From an uncultured Candidatus Binatia bacterium (lineage in GTDB: Bacteria > Desulfobacterota > Binatia > UBA9968 > JAJDTQ01), in contig OZ219754.1 of the NCBI GenBank assembly GCA_964291295.2, positions 3,584,016 to 3,648,015 on the forward strand: DNA of 64,000 bases. The letters run 5' to 3'. Every line of letters begins with the position of its first letter. Positions within the stretch are counted from its first letter, which is position 1. Both the position numbers and the translations under genes were made by a program. Shown here in pieces: positions 27,948-39,600 of the stretch. The notes beneath the pieces were generated by a model. It saw nothing but the letters and a program-made list of their open reading frames with translations. It had not been told where the DNA came from and did not search any database.

Positions 27948-28108
27948 TCCCCCCAGTCTTCCTCTTCCTGGGGCGCCTCTTCCACCGCCGGAGGATCCAG
28001 GCTGGTGACCTCCAACTCGATACCGCAGTCGGCACAGGCGATCAGCTCGCCCTCCACCGCGTCATCCTCCAGTTCCAGTTCCGCGTCGCATACCGGGCAC
28101 TCAACCAT
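27944..28108 (-). CDS. lysW: Amino-group carrier protein LysW (54 aa; not in the ORF track)
   Basis: [54 protein letters not shown], with two CxxC motifs, the EDWGE C-terminus, a GGGAGG RBS and an ATGA overlap with lysX. Confidence 0.97.
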   Translation of the reverse strand: MVECPVCDAELELEDDAVEGELIACADCGIELEVTSLDPPAVEEAPQEEEDWGE

Positions 28109-28321
28109 CGACGGATACCTCCCTGTTACGTGGAATCACTCGCAAGCCCCCGGCCCACGCATCGCCAACGCGGGCGGGATGCTCCCGGCCGGCGCGGATA
28201 CCGGCCGCGGCGCGCCGGCCATCAACGAGGCCGGTTCGGGTCGGCTCGCCCCGTGTTCCGGCCGGGGCCGGCAATACCGCGGCCGGCCGGTGCTTCTGTC
28301 CTCGCGGCCGCCGCCAACGCC

Positions 28322-29353
28322 TCACAATCCGTAGTAACGCTTGGGATTGTCGCACAGGATCTTCTTGCGCAGACCGGGGCTGACATCCTCCCGGGCAAAG
28401 AAGTCCGGCAGATCGCGGAAGAATTCCGAGCGCGCCCGCTCGTGGGGAAAGTCCGAGGCCCACAGCACCTGATCCCCGCCGAGCCTCTCCAGCACGTATG
28501 GCAGCGCCTTCTCGTCCACCTCGCAGGTGAAGAACAGGTTGCCGCCGCGAATGATGTCGCTCGGGCGCTGCCTCACCGCCAGCGCCGCGCCGCGCCGCTC
28601 CCAGTTCTCGTCCAGCGCGTCCATCATGAACGGCACCCAGCCGGTGCCGCACTCCAGGTAGGCCACCCGCAGGTCGGGGAAGCGGTCGTACACGCCGGCG
28701 TTGATCATGCTCATCATCTGCACCATCTGCGGCATGGCGTGCTCCAGCGGTCGCGCCTCGGCCAGGCTCTCGAAGATGTCGAGGCCCAGGCCCGCCACCG
28801 GACCGCCATGGACCGCCAGCGGACAATCCAACCGTTCCGCTTCGGCGTAGATCGGGTCGAACCGGCTTCCCCCCAGACCCGCCAGCGGCGCCATCACGGA
28901 CGGGATCACGCCCGCCACCATTCCCAGTTCGTCCACGCACCGGCGCAACTCCGCGACCGCGGCGTCGATGTCCTGCACCGGCAGCAGCGCCACCCCCTTG
29001 AGCCGGTCCGACTGACGCCCGAAACAGTCGTACAGCCAGTCGTTGTAGGCCCGGGCCACGGCCGTCGCCCAGCCCTTGTTCCGGATCTGGCCGTGGAACA
29101 GCGCGTTGCTGGGATAGAGGATGGTCCGGTGGATCCCGGACTCGTCGAGAAAGCTCAGCCAGTTGGCCGCGTCCGGCACCTCCGCCTTGTGGCGGGACGA
29201 CATGCCGCGCATCCAACCGTCGGTGAGGGGAAACAGGTAATACTCCCGGGTCCAGTCCTTCTCGGACCAGGGCGCGGGCAGATAGCGGCGCAGGTCCTTG
29301 TCCTGGTCCACCACGTGGCCGTCGGCGTCGATAATGTCATGTTCGCATTCCAT
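28322..29353 (-). CDS. Amidohydrolase_2 family protein
   Basis: IDADGHV, ARAYNDW, VAYLECGTGWVP, WASDFPH and DNPKRYYGL. Confidence 0.92.
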   Translation of the reverse strand: MECEHDIIDADGHVVDQDKDLRRYLPAPWSEKDWTREYYLFPLTDGWMRGMSSRHKAEVPDAANWLSFLDESGIHRTILYPSNALFHGQIRNKGWATAVARAYNDWLYDCFGRQSDRLKGVALLPVQDIDAAVAELRRCVDELGMVAGVIPSVMAPLAGLGGSRFDPIYAEAERLDCPLAVHGGPVAGLGLDIFESLAEARPLEHAMPQMVQMMSMINAGVYDRFPDLRVAYLECGTGWVPFMMDALDENWERRGAALAVRQRPSDIIRGGNLFFTCEVDEKALPYVLERLGGDQVLWASDFPHERARSEFFRDLPDFFAREDVSPGLRKKILCDNPKRYYGL

Positions 29354-29398
29354 GTCGGCCTCCACCGCCGGACTCGTGCGGCACCCCGGCGTCGTGCC

Positions 29399-30868
<1,470 letters not shown>

Positions 30869-30945
30869 GCGTGTCTCCTCGAGGCCCGTGCCGCACGTCA
30901 TGAAAAGGCTTGCGGCGCAGAACACCCGCACTGGGCGTGTGGAGG

Positions 30946-30974
30946 ATTAAAAAAGACCGGCGGTTCCGTGTCAA
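30946..30974 (-). promoter_or_regulatory. Sigma70 promoter for the ALDH-amidohydrolase(-lys) genes
   Basis: Minus strand TTGACA (30974-30969), 17-bp spacer, TTTAAT (30951-30946). Confidence 0.65.
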
Positions 30975-30988
30975 GCGTTCACCGGCAT

Positions 30989-31018
30989 TTGCGGCAACCC
31001 TCCGGCGCCCTCTATACT
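30989..31018 (+). promoter_or_regulatory. Divergent sigma70 promoter for rnhA-ychF
   Basis: TTGCGG, 18-bp spacer, TATACT, 23 bp upstream of the rnhA ATG. Confidence 0.5.
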
Positions 31019-31041
31019 TGCCGCTTCCCGGACCCACCGCC

Positions 31042-31521
31042 ATGAGACACGTCACGATCCATACCGACGGCGCATGCCTCGGAAACCCCGGACCGGGAGG
31101 CTACGGTGCCGTGCTTCTCTGCGACGGCAAGCGCAGGGAGTTGAGCCGCGGTTACCGCAGAACCACCAACAACCGCATGGAGATCATGGCCGTCCTGGCC
31201 GCCCTCCGATCCCTGAAGGAATCCTGCCGGGTGACCCTCTACAGCGATTCCCGCTACGTCGTGGACGCCATGGCCAAGGGATGGGCGGAGCGCTGGCGCG
31301 CCAAGGGGTGGAAACGGGGCAACAACGCCCCCACCCTGAATCCCGATCTCTGGGCCGAGATGCTGGAGCTGTCACACCGCCACCAGGTCGAGTTCCGCTG
31401 GGTCAAGGGCCACGCCGGCAACCGGGAGAACGAGCGCTGCGACCAGTTGGCGGTGGCGGCGGCGAGCGGTGGGACGCTGGCGCGCGACGAGGTGTACGAG
31501 CAGAAGGGCGGGAAACAATGA
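31042..31521 (+). CDS. rnhA: Ribonuclease HI
   Basis: TDGACLGNPGPGG, TTNNRME, DSRYV, WVKGHAG and NERCDQLA. Confidence 0.97.
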   Translation: MRHVTIHTDGACLGNPGPGGYGAVLLCDGKRRELSRGYRRTTNNRMEIMAVLAALRSLKESCRVTLYSDSRYVVDAMAKGWAERWRAKGWKRGNNAPTLNPDLWAEMLELSHRHQVEFRWVKGHAGNRENERCDQLAVAAASGGTLARDEVYEQKGGKQ

Positions 31522-32576
31522 AGGTGGGGCTCACCGGATTTTCCCGGGCGGGCAAGACCACCCTGTACAACGCCCTTACGGGCCTGAACATCGCGGTGGG
31601 CGGTTTCGAGGCACGCCGCGAGGCGGCCATGGCGGTGGTCAAGGTGCCGGACCCTCGCGTGGACGCGCTGAGCGGCATCGTCCACCCCAGGGAGAAGAAG
31701 TACGCGGAGATCACGTTCCTGGACTTCCCGCCGTCGCAGGAACGGAAAGCGGCGCTGGAGACCCGCTCCCTGACGCAACTGCGCGAAGTGGACGCCCTGG
31801 CCCAGGTGGTGCGGGCCTTCGACGACCCGCTGGCCAACGAGCCGCCGGCGCCCCTGCGGGAGCTCGACGCCTTTCAGGCCGAGTTGATTCTGGCCGACCT
31901 GGCCGTCATCGAGAAACGCCTGGAGCGAATCCGCAAGGAGGCCGTGAAGGCACGGGAGCGGGAGCTGGAGACGGCCCTTCTCGACCGCTGCCAGCGCGCC
32001 CTGGAAGAGGAGCAGCCGTTGCGCGGACTGGAGTTCCTGCCGGAGGAACGAACCCTGCTCTCGGGCTTCTCCTTCCTGAGCGTCAAGCCGCTGCTGGTGG
32101 TGTACAACGCCGGCGAGAGCGCGCTTCAGGAACCGCTGCCCGCCGGCATCGTGGAATACGCCCGGACCGGAAACCTCACCGTGGTGCCGTTCTGCGGCAA
32201 GCTCGAGATGGAGGTGGCACAACTCGATGACGACGAGCGCGCCGGATTTCTTTCGGAACTGGGGCTCTCGGAGACCGCCCGGGACCGCTTCATCCGCCAC
32301 GCCTATGACCATCTCCGCCTCATGAGCTTCTTCACCGCCGGTCCCTCGGAGGTGCGCGCCTGGACCATCACCCGGGACACCGCCGCGGTCCACGCCGCCG
32401 GCAAGATCCACTCCGACATCGAACGCGGCTTCATCCGCGCCGAGGTCATCGCCTACGCCGACTACATCGAACACCGCGGCGAAGCCGGCTGCCGCGCCGC
32501 CGGCAAGCTGCGCCTCGAAGGCAAGGACTACCGGGTCCAGGACGGCGACGTGATGCACATCCGGTTCAATGTGTAA
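31518..32576 (+). CDS. ychF: YchF/OLA1 family ATPase (atypical paralogue with TGS/DUF933 domain)
   Basis: GFSRAGKTTLYNALT, VKVPDPRV, FFTAG..EVRAW, AGKIHSDIERGFIRAEV and RLEGKDYRVQDGD..IRFNV. ATGA overlap with rnhA. Confidence 0.9.
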   Translation: MKVGLTGFSRAGKTTLYNALTGLNIAVGGFEARREAAMAVVKVPDPRVDALSGIVHPREKKYAEITFLDFPPSQERKAALETRSLTQLREVDALAQVVRAFDDPLANEPPAPLRELDAFQAELILADLAVIEKRLERIRKEAVKARERELETALLDRCQRALEEEQPLRGLEFLPEERTLLSGFSFLSVKPLLVVYNAGESALQEPLPAGIVEYARTGNLTVVPFCGKLEMEVAQLDDDERAGFLSELGLSETARDRFIRHAYDHLRLMSFFTAGPSEVRAWTITRDTAAVHAAGKIHSDIERGFIRAEVIAYADYIEHRGEAGCRAAGKLRLEGKDYRVQDGDVMHIRFNV

Positions 32577-33261
32577 GGGGCGAATGCCAAGGGTGGATGC
32601 CAGCGCCGGTGAGGGTCAGGCGGACGGCGGCCACCGCGCCGTGCCGGTCCAGGGTTACCCGCGCCGCCGCCGCCGCCAGCGCAAAGTCACCGTAGCGGCG
32701 GCTCACTTCCTGGAACGAAACGCCGCTGCCCGGGGCGGTCTCCGGAACCCGCACTTCACGGAGCAGTTCGCCCGGCTCCAGGACCGTGGTCATGGTGCCC
32801 AGGAAGAATTCCTCCGCCGCCACCGCGCGCTCCCCGCTCTCCCGCTGCAACAGCAGGACAGCGCCCAGCGTGACCATGGCCAGCGGCAACTCGGCCGAAG
32901 GGAAGGCGTGGGCGAGACTGCCACCCACCGTGCCCCGGTTCCGTATCTGGACGTGGCCGATGAATCCCGCGGCTTCACGCAGCAACGGCCAGCCCGCCGC
33001 TACCGTGCCGGAGCGCTCCAGCACCCGCTGCCGGGTCATGGCGCCGATGCGCAATTCCGCCCCCTCCACCGCAAGGAAGTCCAACGCCGCCACCCGCCCC
33101 AGGTCCACCAGGTGGGCGGGCCGGGCCAGGCGGAAGTTCATCAGCGGCACCAGACTCTGGCCGCCGGCAAGCACCCGCGCCTCCTCCCCCAGAGCGCCCA
33201 GCAGCGCGGTGGTCTCGGACACGCTCGTCGGGTCGTGATACTCGAAGCTGGCCGGTTTCAC
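32566..33261 (-). pseudogene. CoxM/CutM-like FAD-binding medium subunit of a molybdenum hydroxylase, C-terminally truncated orphan
   Basis: VKPASFEYHDP, LAGGQSLVPLMNFRLARP, QIRNRGTVGGSLAHA and RRYGDFAL. It ends at 231 aa colliding with the ychF 3' end, shorter than typical family members, and has no S or L subunit genes next to it. Confidence 0.78.
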
Positions 33262-33434
33262 GTGGCCTCCAGGAAGGGGCTGAGCGGAAACACCGCCCCC
33301 GGCATGCACATGAGAGCGCTCTCGGCCAGATGAACCTTCTGCAGGAAAATCCGGATCTGTCCCCTCATCCGCCACATCCCGAAGCGGCCTGCGACGCCGC
33401 CTCCGAGGCCTGCGCTCACAACACTGTCCCGAAA

Positions 33435-33585
33435 GGAAGGCATGGGCGAGACGGCCCCACCGTGCCCCGGTTCCGTATCTGGACGTGGCCGAGGAATCCC
33501 GCGGCGTCACGCAGCAACGGTCAGCTCGCCGCGACCGTGCCGGAGCGCTCCAGCGCCGGTTGCCGGGTCATGGCGCCGATGCGCA
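33435..33585 (-). repeat. Degenerate ~150-bp direct duplicate of 32901-33053 (coxM internal fragment)
   Basis: Shared ccgtgccccggttccgtatctggacgtggccga...gccgggtcatggcgccgatgcgca. The copy carries an indel and a TGG->TGA change. Confidence 0.88.
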
Positions 33586-33661
33586 CCCGCCGCCGCAAGG
33601 ACGCCCCCGCTCTCATCATCCACAAGACCGGGTTCGACACCGCAGCCTGCCGCGGGCCCTC

Positions 33662-36600
33662 CTACCACAGGGCCTGAAGTTCGAAGTCGATGCGGCCATC
33701 GGCGGGCTCCAGCGTGTTTTCGCGCCGGACCGCCCGGATCGTCATGTTGAGATCGGGCGCGCCCGCCGCCGGCGCCAGGCGCCAGCCGACGCCGACCTCC
33801 GGTGCGCCGGACCAGACGCCGTAGCTCACATGCGGGGTGCCGACGAACCGTCCGCGGAAGGCCGCCAGGCCGTAGCCCGCCTCGGCCGTCCAGCGACCGC
33901 CGTTGCCGCCGCCCAGGCGCTGCGTCAGCGGCGCGTCGGCGAACAGCGCGTCCAGGCCGCCCGTCGCCGCACCCCCCAGGTCCGAGCGCAGCGCCAGGGT
34001 CAGCCCCAGGGCCGACTCCGGCCTGGGGTCATAGGCAAGCGACGCCGAAAAGCCCCGGTCCTTCAGGGCGCCGTCCTCGTGGGACAGCAGCGCGCGCCCC
34101 TCCACGTTGAAGTCCAGGCCCAGACCCGGCGCGTCCCACCCGATCCCGCCGCCCACCTCCAACCCGAACCCGGTCTCCGCGTCGCCGCCATCGTGGCGCC
34201 CGCCGATTCCCAGCTTCGGCGTCAGGCCGCTGCCGCCGGGCAACTCGAATCGCCGGCTGCCCTCCAGCCCCAGCCGCAGCCGACCGATGTCCGCCTCCGT
34301 ACCCGCCAGACCCTGCGCGCGGTCCGACGTCGTGCGCGCCCACAGCGCGTCCGACACCAGCGACAGCGAGCCCCCGTCCCCGAACACCCACAACTCGCCA
34401 CGCGTTCCCGCCGCCGCCATGGTCCAGCTGATGTCCGTCTTCACCGACTCGCCCGCCCCCGGCTTGAGCGTCACCGCGCCGGCCCCCCGGCCCGCCGCCC
34501 CCCACACCGCCACACGCTCCGTGGGCCGCCACGAGGCATACGGAATCGCCGCCGTCAGCGAGCCCTCCATCTCCCCCTCCCCCGCCGCACCGCGGTAGTC
34601 GCCGTCGCCGCGGCTTTGTGCCACCGCCACTCCCGCCCGCCAGCGGTTCCGTGCGTAGTCCGCCCCCAGCAGAGCCGTGGTCACCTCCCCGTCAAGATCC
34701 ACTTCCCCATCCTTCCCGTCGAACGATGTCCGCGACCCGCGGCCCCAGAACCCCAGAACCCCGCCCACCGGATCCTCCCCGCGCGTGTAGGTGAAGCGGC
34801 TGTCCGCCAGCAGGTGCCCCGGACCCGGCTCCCTTGCGCCCTCACCCAACCCCGCCGGATAACCCGAGAACCTCCTGGCCCCGCCAAGACCTGTCCACCA
34901 CCGATACCCCCCGTAGCCGTCGAAAATCCCCGACCCCGGCTCTCCGCCCATGGCCTCGCCCGCCATCAGGTCGAAACCGCCCGCCGCGCATCCCCCTTCC
35001 GCCCCCGCACCGCCGCCGGCACCGCAGCCATCCTCCTCCAGCGGAATGCCTCCCAGCACACCCTGGAATCCCGGCACGCGGACCGCTTCCCCCACCCGCT
35101 CGGCAATGCCCTCCAGAGCCCGCTCCGCCACCGTGCGACCGAAACGACCCAGCCACGCACGCGGCATCGGGTCCGTGTTCACGATGGTGCCCGTGGCCTC
35201 GCCGTCCGCGATGCTCCCTCCCTTCGCCTCCGACAGCAGCACCGCGAAGCTCTCCCGCCCCTCGTCGTGCGCATCGTCGAGGGTCTGGATGCGTATCTCC
35301 ACCCGGGTGGCCCCCGGACGGAACCGCACCACACCCGAACCCTGGACGAAGTCCGAACCCCCCTCCGCGCTCCCGTGCTCCCCGCCCCACGCCGTGCGCC
35401 ACGAAACCCGAACCTTGCGCGCGGACGCCTCCGACAGCGTGATCCCGAAGACCATCGCCTCCCCCTCACCGGCCGAGGCGTCGGCAATGGAAATCTCCGG
35501 CTTCCTCAACGGCGTCGCGAACACCCGCCCGGACTTGACTCCCGGACCCGCCTCATTCACCCCCCGAACCCGGAACCGGTACTCCGTGCCGTTCTCCAGA
35601 CCCGTCACCCGGTGCGTCACCGTCCCCGCATCCGACCCCGCCATGTCCGTCCACGCTCCCCACCGCCCGACGCCGCGCCGCACCCGCACCTGCCAATGGC
35701 TCAGCGTCCGATCCTCCAGATCCTCCCAGAAAAGCCGCACCTCCCCATCCCCCGCCTTCGCCCTCAACCTCCGCGGCCGTCCCGGCCGCTCCGGCGCCGA
35801 CTCCGGCGGTGGCCCCGCCGACCCCGGCGCATTGCCCCCCGCCTCCGCACCGCCCGGAGACATCGTCTTGTCGTTCTCCACCACCGTCACCGTCACGCTG
35901 TCGATGTTCACCCCGTCGTAGCCCCCGCCGCTCGCCGTCAGCGTCAGCACCACGTCCGTGTCGTCCTCCATGTCCGCGTCCTCCCGCACCCACACCCGCA
36001 CCCATTGCGGAACCTCCCAGTTCCCCGTCGTGAACGTCAGCCTCCCCCAGTTGCCGCCGTCGTCCCCCTGTCCCTCGGTGGTGAAGGTCACATCCCCCGA
36101 CACCCCCGACACCGTCACCGTCACGTCCTCACTCGGCGCCGCGTCCAGCACCACCATAAAGCCCGCACCGCCCCCCTCCGCCGCCGTCAGCTCCATCGGG
36201 ATGACCGTCACCCCCTTGGTCGTCCCCGGCGTCGTCGGCGTCCCCGAAGCCGCGTCGTTCAGCCTCCCGTCCGCCGTGGTGTCGCTCCCCAGCTTGTAGC
36301 CGTTCTCCGTGCTGTCATCCCCCAGGGTCACCGTGTAGGTCTCCACTCCCTCCGAGGTCAATCCGTCCCGGTTCGTCGGTATCGTCACCGTGCCCGTGGT
36401 GCCCCCCTCTTCGCCGAAGTCCGCCATCCGCGTCTGCACCAGCCCGCCCGGAAGGTCCGCCGCCGCAAAACCGCTGCTCCCCCGGTCCGCAAAGCTCAGA
36501 CTCACCGGCAACGCTCCCGTCAGGGCACGGTCCGAGGTGATCTCCAGACTGATCTCCTCCCCCTCCGTCACCGCCGCAGGATCCGTCGCCAGCGTCAGCG

Positions 36601-39600
36601 TCGCCGTCGTGTCCACCACCGTCACCGTGACATCCTCCGCCTCCACATCCGCGTAGTTCGTCCCCGGAGCCTTCACCTCCAGTTCCTGCGTGACCTCGTA
36701 GCCCTCCACATCATCCAGCACCCGACCGTATATGCTGACCCGCCGCGGATCGTCCCAGTCCGTGGCATCGAACATCAACTCGCCCACTTCCACGTCGTCC
36801 CGCCCCTGGGCCACCGACGTGATCTCCACCCTCACCCTTCCCGTCGGCGCCACCCCCGCCAGCACCACCGTGTAATGGTTGCCCCCTCCCTCCTTCACCG
36901 TCAACTCCGTCGGCGTCACCACCACACGCGGCGTCGCCGAACCCCTCGGCGTCGCCCTCACCCAGCCCACATTGTTGGTCACGCTCTCCGCCAAGGTCGT
37001 ACCGTTCGTATGCAACAGCACGATCCGGATGTTGTACGTCTGACCGTTGAGAACCTCCGGCCCCCCCGAAAGGGGAAGCGTCGCGCTGCGCGCCGCCACA
37101 CCCCCCGGCAGATCCCGCAACTCGTCCCCCGTACTTCCCGTGAAGTACTCCACCTGCCACTTCGAGGCCCCCTGGGTCGGACCGGTATAGACCCACGTCA
37201 GCTCGATCGTGCCATCGCCCCCCTTGGCTCTGAGAATCACCGTCACCCCCGGGGCCGGCGTCACCGTGATCGTCACCGTCGCCGTGTCCTCGTTCCCCTT
37301 CCCGTCCGATGCCGTCACCGTCATCGTGTACGTGCCCGCCGCCGCCGCCGTGAACGTCAGACGCGCCGCGTTCAGCCCCGTGCCCCCGGGTAGCGCCGGC
37401 AACGTCTCCCCCGCCTTGCGCTCCCACGAGTAGCTGATCGTGTCGTTGTCGCCGTCCGTCGCCACGGCCGTCACGTCCACGTCCTCGCCCACCGCCACCG
37501 TCTGCGCCGTCAGCGACGCCAGCACCGGCGAAGCGTCGTCGTCCGTGATCGTGCCGCTCGCCGTCGCCCTCGTGATGCTCGCGTTGCCCGCGTTCGACAG
37601 CTTCAGCACCACCGTCTCGTCCGCCTCGTCCAACTCATCCCCCCTCACCGCCACCGTCACCGTCTGCGCCAGGGCCGCCCCCGTGCTGCCCGCCGCAAAG
37701 GTCAGCGTCCCTCCCGCCAAGGCCGTGAAATCCGTCCCCGATGCCGCCGTCGACGTGCCGTCCACCGCGTAGTCCACCGTCACCGCCCGACCGCTGGTCG
37801 CACCCAGCGTCACCGTGAACACCATGTCCGTACTCCCCGAATCCCCCTCCGTCACCGCCCCCGGCGCCCCAACCGACAGACCCGGCAACGGGTCGTCATC
37901 CGTGATCGTCCCCGTCCCCGTCGCGTCCGAGAGCGTCACCCCCGACGACGGCTCCGACAGCGTCACCGTGAACGTCTCGTCACCCTCGTCCAGCGCGTCG
38001 TCCGTCACCGCCACCGTGATCGTCGTGCTCGTCGCATTCGCCGCAATCGTCTTTGCCACAGCCGTCGTCACCGCCGTGAAGTCCGCCCCCGCCGTCGCCG
38101 TGTCCCCGCTCGCCGCCGTCACCGTGTACTTGAACGTCACCTCCGAAGACGAAGCCGGCGACGCCGTCACCGTGAACGTGAACGTCCCGTCCTCCGCCGC
38201 CGTCACGTCCGCAATGCTCAACGCGGTGGACTGCGCCGCGCCATCGTTCAGCGTACCGTCCGCCGTCTTGTCCACGCCCAGCGCGTAGCCCGTCCCGTCG
38301 TTCAGCGTGATCCGGTAGGTCTCCGCACCCTCCGCTTCCGAATCCGTGCTGGTGGGGATCGTCACCGTCCCCGTCCTGCTGGCACTGTTGCCGAACGACG
38401 CGGTGAAGTTCCGCGGACCCAGCGTGCCCGGGATGTCCTCCGCGTCGAAACCGCTCGATCCTCGGTCCGAAAGCGTCAGGCTCACCGTCAGATCGCCCGT
38501 CAACGCACGGTCCGACGTCACCGTCAGGCTGATCGCCGATCCCTCCGTCACCGCCGCCGGATCCGTCGTCAGCTGCAATGTCGGCAACGGCGCCGGCTCG
38601 GTCACCGTCACTTCGACATCGTCGATGATCAATGACGGGCCGTAGTTCGTGTCGCTGCTGGCCGATGCGTGCGTCAAGGTCGCGCTGTCGTTGGTCGTGT
38701 CCAGGTCGGTAGCCGCATTCACCGTCACCGTCTGCGCGGTCTTCCAGTTCGACGGCGTGAACGTCAACGGCGAACCCGTCACCGTCACATCGCCCGATTC
38801 GCCGCCCACTGTCACCGTCACGTCCGACGAGGGCTTCGTGTCCAGCTTCACCGTGTAGGTATTGCTGCCGCCCTCCGCCACCGTCACAGTGCTCGGCGTG
38901 ATCGTCACCCCCGCCGTGTCGTCATCGGTGATCGTGCCCGTCGCTTCGAGTCTCGTCCCGCCGCCGGCAAAGACCACGCGATGGTCATTCGTGCGGATGT
39001 TGTTCAGCCGCAGCGTAAAGGTCTCGTTGTCCTCATCCGCCTCATCGCCCAGAACATCCACCCTCACCGTCTGGCTCAGGGCCGCGCCGGTCGCATCCGC
39101 CGCGAATACCACCTTCCGGTTCGCCTGAAAATGCCTGAAGTCCTTTCCGGGACCCGCCTCGGCCGTCCCCTCCCGGGCAACCGCGTCCACCTGAACCGGG
39201 TGACTCGGAGAACCGCTCAGCGTCACCGTGAAGTTCAGCGCCGTCCGCCCCGAGTCCCCTTCGACCACCTCCGCGTCCGCCACCGAAATCTCATGACCGG
39301 TCGCCGTGGCGTCGTCATCGTCGGTGATCGTGCCGGTCGCTTCGAGTCTCGACTCGCCGCCGGCAAAGACCACGCGACTGTCGGCCGTGCGCAGGTTGTT
39401 CAACAGCAGCGTAAAGGTCTCGTTGTCCTCGTCCACCTCATCGCCCAGCACCTGCACCGCCACCGTCTTGCTCAAGGACGCGCCCGTCGCATTCGCCTCG
39501 AAGACAATCTTCCGATCCCTGAAACCGATGAAGTCCTGGCCAGGCCCCCAGCCTCCCTTGGCCGCATCGCCCGAATCCTTGGCCCAAGCCGTCGCCTTGA

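Noticed and set aside
28109-28321. Possible lysine riboswitch in the 213-bp leader of lysW
   Set aside because: GC-rich and foldable, but I could not match the conserved L-box elements. An Rfam lysine-riboswitch scan would be needed.
37635-37650. RGD integrin-binding motif (VRGDE) in the giant protein
   Set aside because: It is a single T->R variant of the VTGDE Calx-beta motif and is expected by chance in 10,000 aa.
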